DNA of 64,000 bases, taken from NCBI GenBank assembly GCA_963727445.1, contig CAVSGI010000013.1, positions 441,601 to 505,600 on the forward strand, written 5' to 3'. Position 1 is the stretch's first letter; each line of letters starts with the position of its first letter. Position numbers and translations under genes: made by a program. This document shows positions 31,508 to 41,970 of this stretch, piece by piece. The stretch comes from an uncultured delta proteobacterium. Lineage in GTDB: Bacteria; Myxococcota_A; Polyangia; Polyangiales; B10-G4. Below the pieces are notes generated by a model. That model saw only the letters and a program-made list of their open reading frames with translations, had not been told where the DNA came from and ran no database searches.

Positions 31508-31559
31508 CCCTAATCTGCGTGCCACAATCGGCGGCCGGCTAACCTCCTCCCTGCTGACC

Positions 31560-31775
31560 GCTTCACCGTCGCCTTCCAGCTCCCAAAACTACCGCTGCCC
31601 ATCCGCGGTCTTCGCCGCGCGCAGCTCTTCGCTGGCCGGAGAACGACGACGCCCGGCTCCTGCGGCAAGCTCGCCATCGTTCGATCCGCCAGCAAGACCG
31701 AGCTCGACAAGCTCCTCGGCGAAGGCCTCGCCGCCGAACGCCATCGTCATCGTGTCCCTCCACGGACAGAGCGCG
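31560..31775 (+). pseudogene. Eroded fragment of the NERD-helicase gene
   Basis: ccttccagctccc..aactaccgctgccc and tcgacaagctcctcggcga.ggcctcgcc match ~44720-44972 with indels. Confidence 0.8.
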
Positions 31776-31795
31776 TCCGGCGCTTCGCCGCACGA

Positions 31796-31827
31796 TTGGT
31801 AATACCACGTGGTCGCACATCCGGACG
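31796..31827 (+). repeat. Island motif copy 2 (subtype A)
   Basis: ttggtaataccacgtggtcgcacatccggacg. Confidence 0.75.
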
Positions 31828-31839
31828 CGAACGCATTCG

Positions 31840-32682
31840 TCACCCGACATCCGCCAGCCCGCCTTCGCCCTCTCCTCCCGGCGCCCACCGCGGCCACCCC
31901 TCGAGCCGCTCCGCGATCTCCGCCCACCCCTCGAAGCTCTCCTCGCGAAGCACGCGCCGAATCTCCGCGACGTACTTCGCGAGCCGCGCCGCCTCGAGCT
32001 GCCCGCAGTGCACCGCGTACACCAGGTAGAGGAGCAGCGTCTCGAGCACGTCCATCTTGCAGTACTCGCGCACGACCGCCTCCTCGCCGCGCAGCACGTG
32101 CTCCCAGATCGCCTCGGTCAAAAAGCTCTTCCCCGGCAACCCCATCAGCGGCGAGAGCAGCCCGAGCCCCACCCACTTCGACGCGCCGTACCCGCTCAGC
32201 ACGTCCATCAGGTCGACGTGCATGTCGTGATAGCGGTTCTGGTAGTTGTTCCACTTGAACTCGCCGTCCTTGCGGTAGAGCGGCCCCGCCGAGATGCCGT
32301 GCATCATCGACCGATAGCGAATCACCGGCAGGTCGTACCCGCCGCCATTCCACGACACGATCCGCGGCGAGCGCCGCCCCTCGAAGAGCCGCACGAAAGC
32401 CTCGAGATGGCTCCGCTCGTCCATCGCCCGTTCCCCTTGGCCCCCACACGTCCCCAGCTTGAAGCGCCCGCTCTCGGGATCGAGCCACGCGACGCCGATC
32501 GTCACCACCCGGTGATGCGGCTGCTCCGGATACTCGCTCTTCCCGTCGGTCTCCTCGAGCCGCCGCGCCACCATCGCGCGCACGACCGTCTCGTCATCGC
32601 CTGTGAGCCCCCAGAGGCGGCGGCCGACCTCGGGGTCGGGAATGGTCTCGATATCGAAGGCGGCGATGGGTCGGTCGAACAT
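31840..32682 (-). CDS. Predicted 3'-5' exonuclease, PolB-exo-related (DEDD)
   Basis: AFDIETIPD, SWNGGGYDLPV, HVDLMDVL, YCKMDV. Confidence 0.88.
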   Translation of the reverse strand: MFDRPIAAFDIETIPDPEVGRRLWGLTGDDETVVRAMVARRLEETDGKSEYPEQPHHRVVTIGVAWLDPESGRFKLGTCGGQGERAMDERSHLEAFVRLFEGRRSPRIVSWNGGGYDLPVIRYRSMMHGISAGPLYRKDGEFKWNNYQNRYHDMHVDLMDVLSGYGASKWVGLGLLSPLMGLPGKSFLTEAIWEHVLRGEEAVVREYCKMDVLETLLLYLVYAVHCGQLEAARLAKYVAEIRRVLREESFEGWAEIAERLEGWPRWAPGGEGEGGLADVG

Positions 32683-32791
32683 CTCCCTTGCATAGACGGG
32701 CCGCTCGGACAGCGTTCTGACAGGAGAGACGAACTCTCGCGAAATTTCCCCGAAGCTGTCAGTTCCCCGGCCGCCGACCCGTCCATCCTGC

Positions 32792-33109
32792 GTGGGCCAC
32801 GTCATCGATCTCGCCGACCGCCGCGAACGCCTCGAAGCGCGCCGCACCGCCCGGGCCGACGCTGTCGAAGCCCTGGAGCAGCTCAGCGAGCGCCTCTTCA
32901 CCGCCGCTTTCAACCTCGCCGTCGCCGACGCCTGGCGCGCGTGGGACGAAGCCACCCCGGACGGCACCGTCGTCGAGCTCGACCCCGAGGCGCTCCTCGA
33001 ATGCGCCGACCCCGAGGTCCGGGCCCTCGCGCGCCTCTGGGTCGCAGCTCAGGAGACGCTCGAAGCGCTCGAGCCCGAGCGCATTGCCGATGCGAAGGAC
33101 GGTTCCTGA
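32792..33109 (+). CDS. Small hypothetical protein
   Basis: 105-aa helical ORF starting GHVIDLADRR. Confidence 0.45.
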   Translation: MGHVIDLADRRERLEARRTARADAVEALEQLSERLFTAAFNLAVADAWRAWDEATPDGTVVELDPEALLECADPEVRALARLWVAAQETLEALEPERIADAKDGS

Positions 33110-33124
33110 ACAGGCCGCTCGAGC

Positions 33125-33163
33125 GGTTCACACATTCGGACGCCCTAGTTTCGTCGGCCCAAA
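33125..33163 (+). repeat. Island motif copy 3 (subtype B)
   Basis: ggttcacacattcggacgccctagtttcgtcggcccaaa. Confidence 0.75.
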
Positions 33164-33174
33164 CGGCCGCCCCG

Positions 33175-33393
33175 TCAGTCGAACACCTCGTCGAGTGTCC
33201 CCGCCGTCAGCACCCGCGCCGTCCACGTGTCGAGCTCCGCGGTCGTCGCGGCGACAAGGCGCTGGCGTGTCTCTTCCGAGACCTCCCCGAACTTGAGCGT
33301 CAGCAGTTTGAGAAGCACTTTCCGCTCGCCCACCAGCTCGCCTTCCGCGTGCAAGCGCTCGACCTCCGCCTCGTACCACTCCTTCGATCTCAT
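33175..33393 (-). CDS. Stand-alone DUF4351/Rpn C-terminal-like protein (72 aa); upstream sequence eroded
   Basis: EGELVGERKVLLKLLTLKFGEV...ELDTWTARVLTAGTLDEVFD; GGAGGT 7 nt before ATG. Confidence 0.65.
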   Translation of the reverse strand: MRSKEWYEAEVERLHAEGELVGERKVLLKLLTLKFGEVSEETRQRLVAATTAELDTWTARVLTAGTLDEVFD

Positions 33394-33826
33394 CGTCTCG
33401 ACCTCCGCCCCGCGTCTTCGGTAGTCCTCCCAGAACCGCAAGCTCGGTCCCCGCAGGCGCTGATACCCCGCTGAATTGTCCGCCAGCTCCTTCAGCTCCG
33501 CAAGCGCCCCGTCCACCGTCGACTCGCCCATCAAGCGCAGCCACAAGGTCTCCGGCGTCGCCGGAAGCGCCCCTCGGGCCACACGAAGAGATCCGCCCGC
33601 TGCGGCGCCGTCCGCACCTCGGACTCCGCCTCGACTCGCGCCCCGCGCAGCTCCGAGAGCGCTTCGATGATCGACTTGCCGAAGTCCTCGTGGTCGCCCA
33701 CGCCTCAGCGGCGTTGCAGCGCACGCGCCAGGAACCGCGCGCGCAATTTCGCGCACTTGCTCGCGCGACGTGGCGGACCCGCCGCCGATTCGCCGGCGGC
33801 CGCCGAATAGCGAGGAGCTCGACACC

Positions 33827-33864
33827 CCAACTGGTAGTACCAGGTGGTCACACTTCCGGACGAC
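33827..33864 (+). repeat. Island motif copy 4 (subtype A)
   Basis: ccaactggtagtaccaggtggtcacacttccggacgac. Confidence 0.8.
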
Positions 33865-34012
33865 TTCACGTCCTGGAAGGGCGCGGGCTGGGCCCCGCGC
33901 GCCACGCGTCGTCTACACGAACAACGGACGAAACCCGGACACGACGATGTTGCCGGTGCCGGAGTTGCCGTCGTTGTAAGCGGCGCGGGTGGACTGACAA
34001 TCCCGGCCCCCG

Positions 34013-34460
34013 TCACGAGCCATCATTTCCAGGCGTCAGTCGACGGAGAGCGTCGCCCCGAGGAATCACGATCCACCCCTCTTCGCTCGCGGCATCAGTC
34101 GCACCGTCCGGGATCGCCTCCGTCAATCCCCGCCTCGCGGCAGCAGCGATGAGCCCCGCGACAACTGCGTCCAGGTCGTCCGAGCTCTTGTGAATGTGAC
34201 CGAGCTGCTTGTCATCGCCGAGCTGAAGCCATGGCGCCTGCTCTGTGAGCTGCGTCCAGATCTGCTTTCGCGCGTCCAGCTGCTCCGGCTTCTTGTAGCC
34301 CGTGCTCCGCATCCCCCAAAGATGAAGGCCGAGCGCCGGATAGGTCTCGAACACGCCTCCGTCGCCGCTGCGGTCCTCGACGCCCAGCCGCGCGAGAATC
34401 CCCTGACACCTCAGAGCCGGCAGCCCGATTCGATCAGTCGACACGCTCAGTGGCCACAAG
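34013..34460 (-). pseudogene. DUF429 (RNase H-like predicted nuclease), 5'-truncated
   Basis: PLSVSTDRIG, VFETYPA, GYK, DDLDAVVAGL, EEGWIVIP; N-terminal acidic motif absent. Confidence 0.7.
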
Positions 34461-34683
34461 CCACCCGACTCAGAACGGCCACCCCGCCGAAGATGACCGA
34501 CGCCGTGAGCACCCAACTGAAGTACTTCGTCAGGCCCGCGAATGCTCGGTCGCCATCTGCCATCGCTCCCCCCCCCGATACGTCATCATAGCAATCCGCG
34601 CATGAAGCTCACCGGCAACGGCGAAGTTCGGCACGCACGAGTGATGGTCGGCTAGAACCCACGCTATCCTCCGCTCCACCCCC

Positions 34684-35088
34684 GTGCCCTGCCCCTTCTG
34701 CGATCCCCCGCCCAACGAGCGCCTGGTCCTCCACGAGGATGAGCTCGTCGTCGCCTTCTTCGATGGCTACCCGGTCTCCGTCGGCCACGCGCTCATCGTC
34801 CCGCGCCGTCACGTCGCGTCGTTCTTCGACGCGACCCCCGAAGAGCAGCGCGCCCTCATCGCAGCCGTCCCTCATGTAAAGCGCGTCCTCCACGAAAAGC
34901 TCTCGCCCAAGCCCGACGCCTACAACGTCGGCTGGAACGACGGTGCCGCCGCGGGGCAGACGGTCATGCACCTCCACCTCCACGTCATCCCGCGCTACGA
35001 GGGCGACGTCCCCGACCCGCGCGGCGGCATTCGCTGGGTCATCCCCGAACGCGCCGCGTACTGGACAGACGAAGATGGCGACGCCTGA
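34684..35088 (+). CDS. HIT family nucleotide hydrolase
   Basis: CPFC, YPVSVGHALIVPRRH, AAGQTVMHLHLHVIPR. Confidence 0.95.
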   Translation: MPCPFCDPPPNERLVLHEDELVVAFFDGYPVSVGHALIVPRRHVASFFDATPEEQRALIAAVPHVKRVLHEKLSPKPDAYNVGWNDGAAAGQTVMHLHLHVIPRYEGDVPDPRGGIRWVIPERAAYWTDEDGDA

Positions 35089-36190
35089 GCCCGACCGCGG
35101 CGCCATCGGCTTCGCCGAGAAGCTCCTCATGCTCCTCGACGAGGGCCACTTCACCGCGACCTACAAGTACGCCGTGCTCCTCGCCCTGATGGACCTCTGC
35201 CTCGAGCGCTCGACGAAGCACGGCTTCGCGCCCGACTCGGTCACAACCACCCAGCTCGCGCAGAAGGTCCTCGCGCTCTACTGGCCGCACGCCGTCCCCT
35301 TCGACATGGAGCAGGACCGCATCCTCTTCCAGAACCAGCCCTTCAAGAACCGCTCGGGAGGCCAGGCCGCCATCGTCAGCTCCATCGTGTCGTTCCGCGA
35401 AAAGCACGCGCCCAATCCGTCGGCCACGCTCACGCGCGCGCGCCAGGCCCAGCCGAAGAAGCTCGACAAGCTCGAGCGCGACATCGAGTGGAAGCTCGTC
35501 GAGATGCCGCTGCCGCGCCTGCAGCTGATCGGCGACACCGACGTCCCCTTCATCTATCGCATCAACTGGGACCGCGCGATTACCAAGAAGACGTTCCGCG
35601 ACGCCCGCCGCTTCGACAACAACATCCGCTTCGTCGGCCAGGCGAGCGAGTACCTCGTCCAGCTCTCGGGCCTGCTCCGCCCCCTCATCCAGCGCCAGTG
35701 GGCCGCCATGGTCGCGCGCTTCAACGATGACATCGTCCAGGACGCCCAGCTCGAGCGCTTCCTCTTCGGCGTCGATCGCATCCCCCTCACGCCGGTGCGC
35801 GACGGCCTGCGAGACCTCCAGTCCGGCCGCTGCTTCTACTGCCAGTCGCGCATGCGCGACAAGGTCGAGGTCGACCACTTCATCCCCTGGGCGCGCTATC
35901 CCAACAACGCCATCGACAACCTCGTCCTCGCCCACGGGGACTGCAACCAGAGCAAGGGCGACCACCTCGCAGCCGCCGACCACCTCCGCCGATGGTCTGA
36001 GCGGCTCAGCGACCGACGCACCGAGCTCCATCGAATCGCCACCGACGCAAGATGGGAGAAGGCCCCCGAGCGCAGCATGGGCGTCGCCCGCGCCATCTAT
36101 CTGCGCCTGCCGAGCGGTGTGCGTCTGTGGCGCGCGAAGTCGGAGTTTGGGGCGCTGGAGCGGCGCAAGATCGAGCGGGCTTTGGCGTGA
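35075..36190 (+). CDS. HNH endonuclease with N-terminal TYK-type domain
   Basis: TATYKYAVLLAL; CFYC...VDHFIPW...NLVLAHGDCNQSK; overlaps HIT gene by 14 nt. Confidence 0.9.
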   Translation: MATPEPDRGAIGFAEKLLMLLDEGHFTATYKYAVLLALMDLCLERSTKHGFAPDSVTTTQLAQKVLALYWPHAVPFDMEQDRILFQNQPFKNRSGGQAAIVSSIVSFREKHAPNPSATLTRARQAQPKKLDKLERDIEWKLVEMPLPRLQLIGDTDVPFIYRINWDRAITKKTFRDARRFDNNIRFVGQASEYLVQLSGLLRPLIQRQWAAMVARFNDDIVQDAQLERFLFGVDRIPLTPVRDGLRDLQSGRCFYCQSRMRDKVEVDHFIPWARYPNNAIDNLVLAHGDCNQSKGDHLAAADHLRRWSERLSDRRTELHRIATDARWEKAPERSMGVARAIYLRLPSGVRLWRAKSEFGALERRKIERALA

Positions 36191-37035
36191 AGATCAGCAC
36201 CGTCACGACCACGAACCGCACCCTTCTCAAAGCGGTGCGCGATACCCTCGCCTCCGGCGACGACCTCCTCCTCTGCGTCGCTTTCGCCCACGCTCGTGGT
36301 GTCGAGCTCATCAGGAAGGAGCTCGAACTCGCCGCGAAGAAGCGCGCGCCGCGCCTCCTCGTCACGACCGTCTTCGGCGACTCGAACGCGACCGACGCCG
36401 CCCTCGGCAGCGCCACAGACGCGGGCGCCGAGGTGCGCATCCTCAACGCCCCGGGCGGCACCTATCACCCCAAGGTCTACCTCTCCCGCAATGCTCGCAG
36501 CGCGGCCGCCGTCATCGGCTCCGCCAACCTCACCGCCGGTCTCCACGTCAACGTCGAGGCGGCCACGCACCTCCGCGGCGCACGCAACGACGCCGCGCTC
36601 CGAGACGCCTGGCAGTGGGCGGAAGAGATGTGGGATCACCCGCAAGCGACTCCCTTCGACCTGGCGGCCGGCCCGCGCCCCACCGAGAGCATCGACCCCG
36701 AGCTCCTCCGCCAGCTCACACGCGCGGTGAAGAGCGACCCAGTCTTCTACACGCTCGGCAAGCAAGCCCCGAATCGCGTCGCCGAAGTCACCGCCCACGG
36801 TCTCTTCGTCGAGACGAAGCGGAGCAAGTCCCAGAAGGCCCAGCCGAAGATGATCCCTCCCTGGATGCTCAACATCGCGTGGGAGACGCTCAGGGCTCGC
36901 GGGGAGATCACGAACAAGGAGCTCCTCGGCGACCTACGCGTCCACCGCTCGAGCGCGGTACTCGCTATTCTTCGTCGGCTCCCGGGTGTTGAGAAGCTGC
37001 CTGGCCGGGCGGTGGGTCTTCGGCTGAAGGGGTGA
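36187..37035 (+). CDS. Phospholipase D-family nuclease with C-terminal putative DNA-binding domain
   Basis: GTGA overlap; LCVAF, YHPKVYL, IGSANLT, NVEA. Confidence 0.85.
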   Translation: MKISTVTTTNRTLLKAVRDTLASGDDLLLCVAFAHARGVELIRKELELAAKKRAPRLLVTTVFGDSNATDAALGSATDAGAEVRILNAPGGTYHPKVYLSRNARSAAAVIGSANLTAGLHVNVEAATHLRGARNDAALRDAWQWAEEMWDHPQATPFDLAAGPRPTESIDPELLRQLTRAVKSDPVFYTLGKQAPNRVAEVTAHGLFVETKRSKSQKAQPKMIPPWMLNIAWETLRARGEITNKELLGDLRVHRSSAVLAILRRLPGVEKLPGRAVGLRLKG

Positions 37036-37262
37036 CTTCACTCCGCCGAAGCGCGCTCGATCAGCATTCACGGCGCGAAAGTGAGCTTGTCGGACAAGCG
37101 CGCGGAGTTGTCGCGGACGCGGGTCAGGGGCGCTTCTCCACCGAGAACCGAATCGTCGCCTCGCGACACAACTCGCGGGCGGAGGTCTCGATAAGGCCCC
37201 CGAGGCCAAAGGCGTGTCGACCCGATGGAGCGGGGCGGCGCGGCGGCGGTCCTGCTGCTATC

Positions 37263-37493
37263 ATGCCCCTCGTGAACACCCGAGAAGCCATCCACGCGCT
37301 GGTCGACGAGCTCGACGACGCGGACCTCGAGCGCGCCAAGCACGCGCTCGAGGCGATGGTCCTCGTCGATGTCACGGACGCCGAGCTGAAGGAGCTCGAC
37401 GAACGGGTGGCAGAGTGCAGGCGCGGCGAGGTCGTCGACGCCCGTGAGTTCATGGCGCAGCTCCGCGGAGCTACGCCCGATTCCGTCGGTTGA
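37263..37493 (+). CDS. Putative type II antitoxin (addiction-module-like)
   Basis: 76 aa, acidic; ELDERVAECRRGEVVDA; directly upstream of a ParE-like remnant. Confidence 0.55.
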   Translation: MPLVNTREAIHALVDELDDADLERAKHALEAMVLVDVTDAELKELDERVAECRRGEVVDAREFMAQLRGATPDSVG

Positions 37494-37575
37494 TTACTCC
37501 CGCCGGGCGACACGCGACATCCTGCGCGGTCGGCGGTGGTGGCGACAGAACCGCGACAAGGCGCCCGACGCCCAG
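37489..37575 (+). pseudogene. Truncated RelE/ParE-like toxin N-terminus
   Basis: VDYSRRATRDILRGRRWWRQNRDKAP, after which similarity is lost. Confidence 0.5.
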
Positions 37576-37689
37576 GAGCATCCTGACCCGGCTGCGTCAT
37601 CATCATGCCGAACGCTCCGCCGAGTCGCTGCTAGTCTCCCCGCCGGGGTGACGTCGGCCTCTCAATGACATGCGGTAGTCTCCCCACCC

Positions 37690-40600
37690 ATGACGAGGCC
37701 CAAACCCCCAACTTACCCACCCGGCCTCTACGACCTCCCCATCTCCCGCGCCCTCGACGCGACCCTCAGCGCCCTCCCCGCATCGCTCCGCGCCGAGCTC
37801 GAAGATCTCGACCCGCACGAAGCGCCCGAAGCGCTCGCCCGCGTCCTCCACGCGCGCATCGTCAACGCGCTCGCGGCGCTGCCCGGCGCCGGCAAGCCGG
37901 ACGAGAAGCTCGCCCATCAGCTCGCCGTCACCAACAACGTCCTCGCGCTCCTGCGCGACGTCGTCCCCAAGACAGTCCTCGCCGACGACGACCTCGCGCC
38001 GCCGGCGCGTCGCCTGCTCGCGCTCAGCCCGACGCCCGCGAACAACCTCGCCGCGCCATCTACCACATCCCCCGCCTCCACGACCTCACCCCCACGCCCC
38101 TCCATCCCCCTCGCCACGAGCGATCTGCTCGTCAACGGTCGCCACGACCTCAGCCTTGGCCCCGAGGTCATCAAAGAGATCGCGTCCGCCGATCGCGTCG
38201 ACCTGCTCTGCTCCTTCCTCAAGTTCAGCGGGCTGCGCATCGTGCGCGCGGCCATCGACGCGCTCCTCGCCGCGGCCGAACGCGCGCCTGCGCATCCTCA
38301 CCACCGCCTACATGGGCGCGACCGACCGCCGCGCGCTCGACGTGCTCGCGAACATGAAGAACGCCGAGGTCCGCGTCTCCTACGACACGCGCGCACGCGC
38401 CTGCACGCCAAGGCGTGGCTCTTCCACCGCGACTCCGGCTTCTCCACCGGCTTCGTCGGCAGCTCGAACCTCTCCGCCCCCGCGATGCTCGACGGCCTCG
38501 AGTGGAACGTGCGCCTCTCCTCGGTCGACAACGGCGCCATCCTCGACAAGTTCCAGGCGACCTTCGAGCAGTACTGGGAAGACCCCGAGTTCCGCCCCTA
38601 CGAGGCGACGAAGGAGCATCAAGACGCCTTCGACCAAGCCGTGAAGGGCGAGCGGACCGAAGCGACCGACCTCACCCTGCGCCTCGACGTCCTGCCCCGT
38701 CCCCACCAGCAAGAGATCCTCGACGACCTCGAGGCCGAGCGCGCCGCGGGACACCACCGAAACCTCGTCGTCGCCGCCACGGGCACCGGCAAGACGGTGG
38801 TCGCCGCCCTCGACTACAAGCGCCTACCCAAGAAGGACGGCGCCCGCCCCACCCTGCTCTTCGTCGCCCATCGCAAGGAGATCCTCGAGCAGTCCCTCGA
38901 CGACGTTCCGCGTCGCCCTCCGCGACGGCGCGTTCGGCGAGCTCCTGGTCGGCGGCAGCGCGCCGCGCACCGGGACCCACGTCTTCGCCAGCATCCAGTC
39001 GCTTCACGAGGCGCGCCTCGCGAGCCTCGCGCGCCGACGCCTACGACGTCGTGATCGTCGACGAGTTCCACCACGCCGCCGCCGACACCTACGAGGCGCT
39101 CCTCGCGCACCTCGCCCCGGGCACGCTCCTGCTCGGCCTCACCGCGACCCCCGAGCGCGCCGACGGTGCCTCGGTCCTCGGCTGGTTCGACGGCCGCATC
39201 GCCTCCGAGCTCCGCCTCTGGAAGGCCCTCGACCAGAACCTCCTCAGCCCCTTCCAGTACTTCGGCGTGAGCGGCCCCGACCTGACCTCCGTCACCTGGA
39301 AGCGCGGCCGCTACCTCCCCGACGAGCTCTCCAACGTCTACACGGCCGATTCGAAGTTCATCAAGCGCGTCCTCCAAGAGCTCGCACGCCCGCGTCACCG
39401 ACGTCGCCAAGATGCGCGCCCTCGGCTTCTGCGTCGACCAGCGCCACGCGCACTTCATGGCGCAGGAGTTCGAGCGCGCCGGCCTGAGCGCCCGCGCCAT
39501 CACCGCCGCCACCCCCAAAGCCGAGCGCGCCGCCGCGCTCCGCGATCTCGCCGCCGGCAAGCTCCGCGTCCTCTTCAGCGTCGACCTCTTCAACGAAGGC
39601 GTCGACGTCCCCGACGTCGACACCGTCCTGTTCCTGCGCCCCACCGAGAGCGCCACCCTGTTCCTCCAGCAGCTCGGCCGCGGGCTGCGCCGCAGCGACG
39701 AAAAGGAGTGCCTCACCGTCCTCGACTTCATCGGCCAGGCGAACCGGTCGTTTCGCTTCGACGCGCGCTTTCGCGCCATCGTCGGCGGCACCCGCCGCAG
39801 CATCGAGCGCCAGGTCGAGCGCGGGCTTCCCGTCCCTGCCCGCCGGCTGCGCCATCCAGCTCGACGAGGTCGCCAAGGAGCACGTCCTCGCCAACATCCA
39901 GGCCGCCCTCGGCCTCGGCGCACAAGGCCCTCGCCGAAGACCTCCGCCGAGCTCGGCGACGTCCCGCTCGCGCGAGTTCCTCCATGAGACCGACATCGAG
40001 CTCGAAGACCTCTACGACCGCCCGTCCGCCGGCCGCTGCTGCACCGCGCTCCGCCGCATGGCCGGCCACCTCCCGAGCGCGCCGCCGAGCAAAGGCCAAG
40101 AGCGCATCGAGCGCGCCTTCGGCCGCATGCTCCACATCGACGACCCATCCGCCTCGCCGGCCTCGACAGGCTCCTCGCCCGAGACGCCCCTCCCACGCCG
40201 AGCGCCAGCGACCCGATGAAGCGCCTCCTCTTCATCCTCCTCGGCTTCATGCGCGAGCCCCTCACCCAGCATGCCCCGCGCCTTTTCGGCCCTCTGGTCG
40301 AGCGCGCCGCTGTTAGAGGAAGCACGCGCCCTGATGGCGCTCCTCGACGACCGCACCCGCGCCGTCACCCGTCCGCTGTCCGGCCCCCTCGTGACGACCC
40401 CCCTCCGCGCCCACGCCACCTACACCCTCGACGAGATCATGTGCGCCGTCGACGAGCGCAACCGCAAGGGCGGCATCAAGCGCATCCAGACCGGCGTCTA
40501 CTACGTCGACGCCCTCATGACCGACCTCCTCTTCATCACCCTCGAGAAGAGCGAGAAGCACTACTCGCCGACCACCCTCTACAACGACTACCCGCTCAGC

Positions 40601-40876
40601 GACCGCCGCTTCCACTGGGAGACGCAGAGCTCGTGTCACGCCGACACCCCGACGGGCCGCCGCTACCTGAGCGCGAAGCGCGGGTCAGGGCAGAACGTCG
40701 TGCTCTTCGTGAGGACGCGGCGCAACGACGACCGCGGCGAGACCATGCCGTACCTGTGCCTGGGCAACGCGACGTATCGCACGCATCGCGGCGCGCGGCC
40801 GATGCAGATCGAGTGGGAGCTCGAGTGGGCGATGCCGGCTGGGTTTTGGCAGGAGGTCAAGGTGGCGGCTGGGTGA
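37690..40876 (+). CDS. PLD nuclease - SF2 helicase - DUF3427 (SauUSI-like type IV restriction enzyme), frameshifted in this assembly
   Basis: LHAKAWLF..GSSNLS..LEWN; AATGTGKT, DEFHH, GLTATPER, FNEGVD, QQLGRGLR; ITLEKSEKHYSPTTLYNDY..FHWETQ. Confidence 0.88.
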
Positions 40877-40894
40877 GGCACACATCAGCGAGCC

Positions 40895-41107
40895 TCAGCC
40901 CGCCAAGACCTCGTCCACCGAGCCGGCTACCAGAACGCGGTCGATCCACACATCGAGCTCTTCGTCGCGGGCGCTCCGGATGCGCTCCAGGGCGTTCGGA
41001 GAGAGCTCGCCGAAGCGCGTCACGAGCTGGCGCAGCAACACGTCGGAGCGTCCCCTACGGTGGCCCTTCTCCTCGCCCTCCCGGCGCAATTTCTCCGCGG
41101 TGGTCAT
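40895..41107 (-). CDS. Putative internally translated small Rpn C-terminal antitoxin (70 aa)
   Basis: AAAGAGGTagtgATG precedes in-frame MTTAEKLRREG. Confidence 0.55.
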   Translation of the reverse strand: MTTAEKLRREGEEKGHRRGRSDVLLRQLVTRFGELSPNALERIRSARDEELDVWIDRVLVAGSVDEVLAG

Positions 41108-41905
41108 CACTACCTCTTTCGCTTCTGGTTCAGCGGCGCGTTCCACGAGATCTCCGAGTTCCTTCAGGGGGATTTCTGCGATGGTCAGAGTATAGCGCGC
41201 GATGCGCTCGAAGGCCTCCGGCCCCTTGGCGCGCCACACGCGACGCAGCAGCGTCTGCCATCGCTTCATGCGTCGGAGGAGATCGGTCGCGCGTGAGTGC
41301 TTCAGCAAGAGGAGCCCGAGTTGCGCGAACGGCGGCGCGCCCCGACGCACGAGCCGGGCGTCACTCGTGCGCGTCAGATCGCAGTGAACCAACCGCAGCT
41401 CTGGCAAGAGCGGTTTCAGCAGCGTGCGCTCCTCGTCCTCGAGCGCCATCGCGTCGGTCAGTCGAGTCGGCCCTCTCCAGCCGCCGACCGCATGCGAAAC
41501 GACTACGCCCAAGATCGCCGGAACGCGCTTCGGTGTGCTCGTCCCCTCGGCCACGGAGTGCTCGTCGACCCAGCGCTCCCAGATCCGCGCGAAGTACCCG
41601 TGCACCCGCACTGCCATGAGCGCATCCGACGTGCTCTGGTGCTCGACAAGGATGAAGATCAACGTCTCGCGTCCATCGAGCTGCACTTCGAAGAGCAGGT
41701 CCGTCCGCCGGTTCCGAAGCCGCGGGTCGATGAACTCACCCGGCCGCGGCCTCAAGGTCGTCAGGTCCAGCCGCGCGCGCACCCTCGGCGGCAAGACCCC
41801 CTCGAGCAGCGCCGCCGCGTGCACCGGATCGCCGAACACCCCTCGAAAGAAGGTGTCGTGAGGGTCGCTGACGCGAGGCCCGGGCTCGCCATCCTGTTCG
41901 GCCAT
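40895..41905 (-). CDS. Rpn/YhgA family recombination-promoting nuclease (PD-(D/E)XK) with DUF4351-like tail
   Basis: PHDTFFRGVF, EFIDPRL..RTDLLF, ILVEHQS..DALMAVR; C-terminal RQLVTRFG. Confidence 0.9.
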   Translation of the reverse strand: MAEQDGEPGPRVSDPHDTFFRGVFGDPVHAAALLEGVLPPRVRARLDLTTLRPRPGEFIDPRLRNRRTDLLFEVQLDGRETLIFILVEHQSTSDALMAVRVHGYFARIWERWVDEHSVAEGTSTPKRVPAILGVVVSHAVGGWRGPTRLTDAMALEDEERTLLKPLLPELRLVHCDLTRTSDARLVRRGAPPFAQLGLLLLKHSRATDLLRRMKRWQTLLRRVWRAKGPEAFERIARYTLTIAEIPLKELGDLVERAAEPEAKEVVMTTAEKLRREGEEKGHRRGRSDVLLRQLVTRFGELSPNALERIRSARDEELDVWIDRVLVAGSVDEVLAG

Positions 41906-41970
41906 CGGACTCTTGTCGGTCGCTCTCCGCGCGGGTTGCGTGCGGAGTGCGCCCTGAGCTCGATCGCCAA

